Shown one piece after another: positions 51,001 through 61,780 of a stretch of DNA of 64,000 nt. Each line of letters starts with the position of its first letter. The first letter of the stretch is position 1. This DNA is from the human T2T-CHM13v2.0 reference genome, Homo sapiens. The position numbers and the translations under genes are program-made. The notes below the pieces were generated by a model. That model saw nothing but the letters and a program-made list of their open reading frames with translations. It made no database searches and was not told the DNA's origin. Where the stretch lies: the NCBI RefSeq assembly GCF_009914755.1, contig NC_060931.1. One strand, given 5' to 3'.

Positions 51001-54000
51001 AGGAGTTTGGAAACACACTGTTTGTAAAGTCTGCAATTGGATATATGGACCTGTTTGAGGCCTTCGTTGGAAACGGGATTTCTTCATTGAATGCTAGGCG
51101 GAAGAATTCTCAGTAAATTCTTTGTGTTGTGTGCATTCAACTCACAGAGTGGAACGTCCCTTTAGACAGAGCAGATTTGAAACACTCTTTTTGCGGAATT
51201 TGCAAGTGGAGATTTCTAGCCATTTGATGCCAACAGTAGAAAGGGAAATATCTTCAAATAAAAACCAGACAGAATCATTCTCAGAAAATTCTTTGTGATG
51301 TGTGCGTTCAACTCACATAGTTTAACCTTTCTTTTCATAGAGCAGTTTGGAAACACTCTGTTTGTAAAGTCTGCAAGTGGATATATGGACCGCATTGAGG
51401 CCTTCGTTGGAAATGGGATTTCTTCATTTCATGCTAGACAGAAGAATTCTCAGTAACTTCTTTGTGCTGTGTGTATTCAACTCACAGAGTGGAACGTCCC
51501 TTTGCACAGAGCAGATTTGAAACACTCTTTTTGTGGAGTTTGCAAGTGGAGATTTCAAGCGATTTGATGCCAACAGTAGAAAAGGAAATATCTTCAAATA
51601 AAAACTAGACAGAATCATTCTCAGAAACTACTTTGTGATGTGTGCCTTCAACTCACAGAGTTTAACCTTTCTTTTCTTAGAGCAGTTTAGAAACACTCTG
51701 CTTGTTATGTCTGCAAGTGGATATTTGGACCTCTTTGAGGCCTTCGTTGCAAACGGGGTTTCTTCCTTTCATGCTAGACTAAGAAGAGTTCTCAGTAACT
51801 TTTTTGTGTTGTGTGTATTCAACTCACAGAGTTGAACCTTGCTTTAGAGAGAGCAGATTTGAAACACTCTTGCTGTGGCATTTTCAGGTGGAGATTTCAA
51901 GCGATTTGAGGACAATTGCAGAAAAGGAAATATCTTCGTATAATAACCAGACAGAATCATTCTCAGAAAGTGCTTTGTGATGTGTGCGTTCAACTCACAG
52001 AGTTTAACCTTTCTTTTCATAGAGGAGTTTGGAAACACACTGTTTGTAAAGTCTGCAATTGGATATATGGACCTGTTTGAGGCCTTCGTTGGAAACGGGA
52101 TTTCTTCATTGAATGCTAGACGGAAGAATTCTCAGTAAATTCTTTGTGTTGTGTGCATTCAACTCACAGAGTGGAACGTCCCTTTAGACAGAGCAGATTT
52201 GAAACACTCTTTTTGCGGAATTTGCAAGTGGAGATTTCTAGCCATTTGATGCCAACAGTAGAAAGGGAAATATCTTCAAATAAAAACCAGACAGAATCAT
52301 TCTCAGAAAATTCTTTGTGATGTGTGCGTTCAACTCACATAGTTTAACCTTTCTTTTCCTAGAGCAGTTTGGAAACACTCTGTTTGTAAAGTCTGCAAGT
52401 GGATATATGGACCGCATTGAGGCCTTCGTTGGAAACGGGATTTCTTCATTTCATGCTAGACAGAAGAATTCTCAGTAACTTCTTTGTGCTGTGTGTATTC
52501 AACTCACAGAGTGGAACGTCCCTTTAGACAGAGCAGATTTGAAACACTCTTTTTGTGGAGTTTGCAAGTGGAGATTTCAAGCGATTTGATGCCAACAGTA
52601 GAAAATGAAATATCTTCAAATAAAAACTAGACAGAATCATTCTCAGAAACTACTTTGTGATGTGTGCCTTCAACTCACAGAGTTTAACCTTTCTTTTCTT
52701 AGAGCAGTTTAGAAACACTCTGCTTGTTATGTCTGCAAGTGGATATTTGGACCTCTTTGAGGCCTTCGTTGCAAACGGGGTTTCTTCCTTTAATGCTAGA
52801 CTAAGAAGAGTTCTCAGTAACTTTTTTGTGTTGTGTGTATTCAACTCACAGAGTTGAACCTTGCTTTAGAGAGAGCAGATTTGAAACACTCTCGCTGTGG
52901 AATTTTCAGGTGGAGATTACAAGCGATTTGAGGACAATTGCAGAAAAGGAAATATCTTCGTATAATAAACAGACAGAATCATTCTCAGAAAGTGCTTTGT
53001 GATGTGTGCGTTCAACTCACAGAGTTTAACCATTCTTTTCATAGAGGAGCTTGGAAACACACTGTTTGTAAAGTCTGCAATTGGATATATGGACCTGTTT
53101 GAGGCCTCCGTTGGAAACGGGATTTCTTCATTGAATGCTAGACGGAAGAATTCTCAGTAAATTCTTTGTGTTGTGTGCATTGAACTCACAGAGTGGAACG
53201 TCCCTTTAGACAGAGCAGATTTGAAACACTCTTTTTGCGGAATTTGCAAGTGGAGATTTCTAGCCATTTGATGTCAACAGTAGAAAGGGAAATATCTTCA
53301 AATAAAAACCAGACAGAATCATTCTCAGAAAATTCTTTGTGATGTGTGCGTTCAACTCACATAGTTTAACCTTTCTTTTCATAGAGCAGTTTGGAAACAC
53401 TCTGTTTGTAAAGTCTGCAAGTGGATATATGGACCGCATTGAGGCCTTCGTTGGAAACGGGATTTCTTCATTTCATGCTAGACAGAAGAATTCTCAGTAA
53501 CTTCTTTGTGCTGTGTGTATTCAACTCACAGAGTGGAACGTCCCTTTGCACAGAGCAGATTTGAAACACTCTTTTTGTGGAGTTTGCAAGTGGAGATTTC
53601 AAGCGATTTGATGCCAACAGTAGAAAAGGAAATATCTTCAAATAAAAACTAGACAGAATCATTCTCAGAAACTACTTTGTGATGTGTGCCTTCAACTCAC
53701 AGAGTTTAACCTTTCTTTTCTTAGAGCAGTTTAGAAACACTCTGCTTGTTATGTCTGCAAGTGGATATTTGGACCTCTTTGAGGCCTTCGTTGCAAACGG
53801 GGTTTCTTCCTTTCATGCTAGACTAAGAAGAGTTCTCAGTAACTTTTTTGTGTTGTGTGTATTCAACTCACAGAGTTGAACCTTGCTTTAGAGAGAGCAG
53901 ATTTGAAACACTCTTGCTGTGGCATTTTCAGGTGGAGATTTCAAGCGATTTGAGGACAATTGCAGAAAAGGAAATATCTTCGTATAATAACCAGACAGAA

Positions 54001-55330
54001 TCATTCTCAGAAAGTGCTTTGTGATGTGTGCGTTCAACTCACAGAGTTTAACCTTTCTTTTCATAGAGGAGTTTGGAAACACACTGTTTGTAAAGACTGC
54101 AAGTGGATATATGGACCTGTTTGAGGCCTTCGTTGGAAACGGGATTTCTTCATTGAATGCTAGACGGAAGAATTCTCAGTAAATTCTTTGTGTTGTGTGC
54201 ATTCAACTCACAGAGTGGAACGTCCCTTTAGACAGAGCAGATTTGAAACACTCTTTTTGCGGAATTTGCAAGTGGAGATTTCTAGCCATTTGATGCCAAC
54301 AGTAGAAAGGGAAATATCTTCAAATAAAAACCAGACAGAATCATTCTCAGAAAATTCTTTGTGATGTGTGCGTTCAACTCACATAGTTTAACCTTTCTTT
54401 TCATAGAGCAGTTTGGAAACACTCTGTTTGTAAAGTCTGCAAGTGGATATATGGACCGCATTGAGGCCTTCGTTGGAAACGGGATTTCTTCATTTCATGC
54501 TAGACAGAAGAATTCTCAGTAACTCCTTTGTGCTGTGTGTATTCAACTCACAGAGTGCAACGTCCCTTTACACAGAGCAGATTTGAAACACTCTTTTTGT
54601 GGAGTTTGCAAGTGGAGATTTCAAGCGATTTTATGCCAACAGTAGAAAAGGAAATATCTTCAAATAAAAACTAGACAGAATCATTCTCAGAAACTACTTT
54701 GTGATGTGTGCCTTCAACTCACAGAGTTTAACCTTTCTTTTCTTAGAGCAGCTTAGAAACACTCTGCTTGTTATGTCTGCAAGTGGATATTTGGACCTCT
54801 TTGAGGCCTTCGTTGCAAACGGGGTTTCTTCCTTTAATGCTAGACTAAGAAGAGTTCTCAGTAACTTTTTTGTGTTGTGTGTATTCAACTCACAGAGTTG
54901 AACCTTGCTTTAGAGAGAGCAGATTTGAAACACTCTCGCTGTGGCATTATCAGGTGGAGATTTCAAACGATTTGAGGACAATTGCAGAAAAGGAAATATC
55001 TTCGTATAATAACCAGACAGAATCATTCTCAGAAAGTGCTTTGTGATGTGTGCGTTCAACTCACAGAGTTTAACCTTTCTTTTCATAGAGGAGTTTGGAA
55101 ACACACTGTTTGTAAAGTCTGCAATTGGATATATGGACCTGTTTGAGGCCTTCGTTGGAAACGGGATTTCTTCATTGAATGCTAGACGGAAGAAATCTCA
55201 GTAAATTCTTTGTGTTGTGTGCATTCAACTCACAGAGTGGAACGTCCCTTTAGACAGAGCAGATTTGAAACACTCTTTTTGCGGAATTTGCAAGTGGAGA
55301 TTTCTAGCCATTTGATGCCAACAGTAGAAA
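45010..55330 (+). repeat. Tandem duplication of a 5-HOR block (period 5110 bp)
   Basis: GTTAAATATC 45111/50221, ATGCTAGGCG 45981/51091, AAATGGGATT 46301/51411, TTTTCCTAGAG ~47244/52354, GAGATTAC ~47803/52913, AACTCCTTTG 49411/54521. Confidence 0.9.
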
Positions 55331-58300
55331 GGGAAATATCTTCAAATAAAAACCAGACAGAATCATTCTCAGAAAATTCTTTGTGATGTGTGCGTTCAAC
55401 TCACATAGTTTAACCTTTCTTTTCATAGAGCAGTTTGGAAACACTCTGTTTGTAAAGTCTGCAAGTGGATATATGGACCGCATTGAGGCCTTCGTTGGAA
55501 ACGGGATTTCTTCATTTCATGCTAGACAGAAGAATTCTCAGTAACTTCTTTGTGCTGTGTGTATTCAACTCACAGAGTGGAACGTCCCTTTGCACAGAGC
55601 AGATTTGAAACACTCTTTTTGTGGAGTTTGCAAGTGGAGATTTCAAGCGATTTGATGCCAACAGTAGAAAAGGAAATATCTTCAAATAAAAACTAGACAG
55701 AATCATTCTCAGAAACTACTTTGTGATGTGTGCCTTCAACTCACAGAGTTTCACCTTTCTTTTCTTAGAGCAGTTTAGAAACACTCTGCTTGTTATGTCT
55801 GCAAGTGGATATTTGGACCTCTTTGAGGCCTTCGTTGCAAACGGGGTTTCTTCCTTTCATGCTAGACTAAGAAGAGTTCTCAGTAACTTTTTTGTGTTGT
55901 GTGTATTCAACTCACAGAGTTGAACCTTGCTTTAGAGAGAGCAGATTTGAAACACTCTTGCTGTGGCATTTTCAGGTGGAGATTTCAAGCGATTTGAGGA
56001 CAATTGCAGAAAAGGAAATATCTTCGTATAATAACCAGACAGAATCATTCTCAGAAAGTGCTTTGTGATGTGTGCGTTCAACTCACAGAGTTTAACCTTT
56101 CTTTTCATAGAGGAGTTTGGAAACACACTGTTTGTAAAGACTGCAAGTGGATATATGGACCTGTTTGAGGCCTTCGTTGGAAACGGGATTTCTTCATTGA
56201 ATGCTAGACGGAAGAATTCTCAGTAAATTCTTTGTGTTGTGTGCATTCAACTCACAGAGTGGAACGTCCCTTTAGACAGAGCAGATTTGAAACACTCTTT
56301 TTGCGGAATTTGCAAGTGGAGATTTCTAGCCATTTGATGCCAACAGTAGAAAGGGAAATATCTTCAAATAAAAACCAGACAGAATCATTCTCAGAAAATT
56401 CTTTGTGATGTGTGCGTTCAACTCACATAGTTTAACCTTTCTTTTCATAGAGCAGTTTGGAAACACTCTGTTTGTAAAGTCTGCAAGTGGATATATGGAC
56501 CGCATTGAGGCCTTCGTTGGAAACGGGATTTCTTCATTTCATGCTAGACAGAAGAATTCTCAGTAACTTCTTTGTGCTGTGTGTATTCAACTCACAGAGT
56601 GCAACGTCCCTTTACACAGAGCAGATTTGAAACACTCTTTTTGTGGAGTTTGCAAGTGGAGATTTCAAGCGATTTGATGCCAACAGTAGAAAAGGAAATA
56701 TCTTCAAATAAAAACTAGACAGAATCATTCTCAGAAACTACTTTGTGATGTGTGCCTTCAACTCACAGAGTTTAACCTTTCTTTTCTTAGAGCAGTTTAG
56801 AAACACTCTGCTTGTTATGTCTGCAAGTGGATATTTGGACCTCTTTGAGGCCTTCGTTGCAAACGGGGTTTCTTCCTTTAATGCTAGACTAAGAAGAGTT
56901 CTCAGTAACTTTTTTGTGTTGTGTGTATTCAACTCACAGAGTTGAACCTTGCTTTAGAGAGAGCAGATTTGAAACACTCTCGCTGTGGAATTTTCAGGTG
57001 GAGATTTCAAGCGATTTGAGGACAATTGCAGAAAAGGAAATATCTTCGTATAATAAACAGACAGAATCATTCTCAGAAAGTGCTTTGTGATGTGTGCGTT
57101 CAACTCACAGAGTTTAACCATTCTTTTCATAGAGGAGCTTGGAAACACACTGTTTGTAAAGTCTGCAATTGGATATATGGACCTGTTTGAGGCCTCCGTT
57201 GGAAACGGGATTTCTTCATTGAATGCTAGACGGAAGAATTCTCAGTAAATTCTTTGTGTTGTGTGCATTGAACTCACAGAGTGGAACGTCCCTTTAGACA
57301 GAGCAGATTTGAAACACTCTTTTTGCGGAATTTGCAAGTGGAGATTTCTAGCCATTTGATGTCAACAGTAGAAAGGGAAATATCTTCAAATAAAAACCAG
57401 ACAGAATCATTCTCAGAAAATTCTTTGTGATGTGTGCGTTCAACTCACATAGTTTAACCTTTCTTTTCATAGAGCAGTTTGGAAACACTCTGTTTGTAAA
57501 GTCTGCAAGTGGATATATGGACCGCATTGAGGCCTTCGTTGGAAACGGGATTTCTTCATTTCATGCTAGACAGAAGAATTCTCAGTAACTTCTTTGTGCT
57601 GTGTGTATTCAACTCACAGAGTGGAACGTCCCTTTGCACAGAGCAGATTTGAAACACTCTTTTTGTGGAGTTTGCAAGTGGAGATTTCAAGCGATTTGAT
57701 GCCAACAGTAGAAAAGGAAATATCTTCAAATAAAAACTAGACAGAATCATTCTCAGAAACTACTTTGTGATGTGTGCCTTCAACTCACAGAGTTTAACCT
57801 TTCTTTTCTTAGAGCAGTTTAGAAACACTCTGCTTGTTATGTCTGCAAGTGGATATTTGGACCTCTTTGAGGCCTTCGTTGCAAACGGGGTTTCTTCCTT
57901 TCATGCTAGACTAAGAAGAGTTCTCAGTAACTTTTTTGTGTTGTGTGTATTCAACTCACAGAGTTGAACCTTGCTTTAGAGAGAGCAGATTTGAAACACT
58001 CTTGCTGTGGCATTTTCAGGTGGAGATTTCAAGCGATTTGAGGACAATTGCAGAAAAGGAAATATCTTCGTATAATAACCAGACAGAATCATTCTCAGAA
58101 AGTGCTTTGTGATGTGTGCGTTCAACTCACAGAGTTTAACCTTTCTTTTCATAGAGGAGTTTGGAAACACACTGTTTGTAATGACTGCAAGTGGATATAT
58201 GGACCTGTTTGAGGCCTTCGTTGGAAACGGGATTTCTTCATTGAATGCTAGACCGAAGAATTCTCAGTAAATTCTTTGTGTTGTGTGCATTCAACTCACA

Positions 58301-59779
58301 GAGTGGAACGTCCCTTTAGACAGAGCAGATTTGAAACACTCTTTTTGCGGAATTTCCAAGTGGAGATTTCTAGCCATTTGATGCCAACAGTAGAAAGGGA
58401 AATATCTTCAAATAAAAACCAGACAGAATCATTCTCAGAAAATTCTTTGTGATGTGTGCGTTCAACTCACATAGTTTAACCTTTCTTTTCATAGAGCAGT
58501 TTGGAAACACTCTGTTTGTAATGTCTGCAAGTGGATATATGGACCGCATTGAGGCCTTCGTTGGAAACGGGATTTCTTCATTTCATGCTAGACAGAAGAA
58601 TTCTCAGTAACTTCTTTGTGCTGTGTGTATTCAACTCACAGAGTGCAACGTCCCTTTACACAGAGCAGATTTGAAACACTCTTTTTGTGGAGTTTGCAAG
58701 TGGAGATTTCAAGCGATTTTATGCCAACAGTAGAAAAGGAAATATCTTCAAATAAAAACTAGACAGAATCATTCTCAGAAACTACTTTGTGATGTGTGCC
58801 TTCAACTCACAGAGTTTAACCTTTCTTTTCTTAGAGCAGCTTAGAAACACTCTGCTTGTTATGTCTGCAAGTGGATATTTGGACCTCTTTGAGGCCTTCG
58901 TTGCAAACGGGGTTTCTTCCTTTAATGCTAGACTAAGAAGAGTTCTCAGTAACTTTTTTGTGTTGTGTGTATTCAACTCACGGAGTTGAACCTTGCTTTA
59001 GAGAGAGCAGATTTGAAACACTCTCGCTGTGGCATTATCAGGTGGAGATTTCAAACGATTTGAGGACAATTGCAGAAAAGGAAATATCTTCGTATAATAA
59101 CCAGACAGAATCATTCTCAGAAAGTGCTTTGTGATGTGTGCGTTCAACTCACAGAGTTTAACCTTTCTTTTCATAGAGGAGTTTGGAAACACACTGTTTG
59201 TAAAGTCTGCAATTGGATATATGGACCTGTTTGAGGCCTTCGTTGGAAACGGGATTTCTTCATTGAATGCTAGACGGAAGGATTCTCAGTAAATTCTTTG
59301 TGTTGTGTGCATTCAACTCACAGAGTGGAACGTCCCTTTAGACAGAGCAGATTTGAAACACTCTTTTTGCGGAATTTGCAAGTGGAGATTTCTAGCCATT
59401 TGATGCCAACAGTAGAAAGGGAAATATCTTCAAATAAAAACCAGACAGAATCATTCTCAGAAAATTCTTTGTGATGTGTGCGTTCAACTCACATAGTTTA
59501 ACCTTTCTTTTCATAGAGCAGTTTGGAAACACTCTGTTTGTAAAGTCTGCAAGTGGATATATGGACCGCATTGAGGCCTTCGTTGGAAACGGGATTTCTT
59601 CATTTCATACTAGACAGAAGAATTCTCAGTAACTTCTTTGTGCTGTGTGTATTCAACTCACAGAGTGGAACGTCCCTTTGCACAGAGCAGATTTGAAACA
59701 CTCTTTTTGTGGAGTTTGCAAGTGGAGATTTCAAGCGATTTGATGCCAACAGTAGAAAAGGAAATATCTTCAAATAAAA

Positions 59780-61780
59780 ACTAGACAGAATCATTCTCAG
59801 AAACTACTTTGTGATGTGTGCCTTTAACTCACAGAGTTTAACCTTTCTTTTCTTAGAGCAGCTTAGAAACACTCTGCTTGTTATGTCTGCAAGTGGATAT
59901 TTGGACCTCTTTGAGGCCTTCGTTGCAAACGGGGTTTCTTCCTTTAATGCTAGACTAAGAAGAGTTCTCAGTAACTTTTTTGTGTTGTGTGTATTCAACT
60001 CACAGAGTTGAACCTTGCTTTAGAGAGAGCAGATTTAAAACACTCTTGCTGTGGCATTTTCAGGTGGAGATTTCAAGCGATTTGAGGACAATTGCAGAAA
60101 AGGAAATATCTTCGTATAATAACCAGACAGAATCATTCTCAGAAAGTGCTTTGTGATGTGTGCGTTCGACTCACAGAGTTTAACCTTTCTTTTCATAGAG
60201 GAGTTTGGAAACACACTGTTTGTAAAGTCTGCAATTGGATATATGGACCTGTTTGAGGCCTCCGTTGGAAACGGGATTTCTTCATTGAATGCTAGACGGA
60301 AGAAATCTCAGTAAATTCTTTGTGTTGTGTGCATTCAACTCACAGAGTGGAACGTCCCTTTAGACAGAGCAGATTTGAAACACTCTTTTTGCGGAATTTG
60401 CAAGTGGAGATTTCTAGCCATTTGATGCCAACAGTAGAAAGGGAAATATCTTCAAATAAAAACCAGACAGAATCATTCTCAGAAAATTCTTTGTGATGTG
60501 TGCGTTCAACTCACATAGTTTAACCTTTCTTTTCATAGAGCAGTTTGGAAACACTCTGTTTGTAAAGTCTGCAAGTGGATATATGGACCGCATTGAGGCC
60601 TTCGTTGGAAACGGGATTTCTTCATTTCATGCTAGACAGAAGAATTCTCAGTAACTTCTTTGTGCTGTGTGTATTCAACTCACAGAGTGGAACGTCCCTT
60701 TGCACAGAGCAGATTTGAAACACTCTTTTTGTGGAGTTTGCAAGTGGAGATTTCAAGCGATTTGATGCCAACAGTAGAAAAGGAAATATCTTCAAATAAA
60801 AACTAGACAGAATCATTCTCAGAAACTACTTTGTGATGTGTGCCTTTAACTCACAGAGTTTAACCTTTCTTTTCTTAGAGCAGCTTAGAAACACTCTGCT
60901 TGTTATGTCTGCAAGTGGATATTTGGACCTCTTTGAGGCCTTCGTTGCAAACGGGGTTTCTTCCTTTAATGCTAGACTAAGAAGAGTTCTCAGTAACTTT
61001 TTTGTGTTGTGTGTATTCAACTCACAGAGTTGAACCTTGCTTTAGAGAGAGCAGATTTAAAACACTCTTGCTGTGGCATTTTCAGGTGGAGATTTCAAGC
61101 GATTTGAGGACAATTGCAGAAAAGGAAATATCTTCGTATAATAACCAGACAGAATCATTCTCAGAAAGTGCTTTGTGATGTGTGCGTTCGACTCACAGAG
61201 TTTAACCTTTCTTTTCATAGAGGAGTTTGGAAACACACTGTTTGTAAAGTCTGCAATTGGATATATGGACCTGTTTGAGGCCTCCGTTGGAAACGGGATT
61301 TCTTCATTGAATGCTAGACGGAAGAAATCTCAGTAAATTCTTTGTGTTGTGTGCATTCAACTCACAGAGTGGAACGTCCCTTTAGACAGAGCAGATTTGA
61401 AACACTCTTTTTGCGGAATTTGCAAGTGGAGATTTCTAGCCATTTGATGCCAACAGTAGAAAGGGAAATATCTTCAAATAAAAACCAGACAGAATCATTC
61501 TCAGAAAATTCTTTGTGATGTGTGCGTTCAACTCACATAGTTTAACCTTTCTTTTCATAGAGCAGTTTGGAAACACTCTGTTTGTAAAGTCTGCAAGTGG
61601 ATATATGGACCGCATTGAGGCCTTCGTTGGAAACGGGATTTCTTCATTTCATGCTAGACAGAAGAATTCTCAGTAACTTCTTTGTGCTGTGTGTATTCAA
61701 CTCACAGAGTGGAACGTCCCTTTGCACAGAGCAGATTTGAAACACTCTTTTTGTGGAGTTTGCAAGTGGAGATTTCAAGC
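59780..61780 (+). repeat. Tandem duplication of a single HOR (period 1022 bp)
   Basis: The combination CCTTTAAC, GCAGCTTAG, GATTTAAAAC, GTTCGACTC and GAAATCTCAG occurs in two adjacent units (~59821-60310 and ~60843-61332). Confidence 0.82.
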
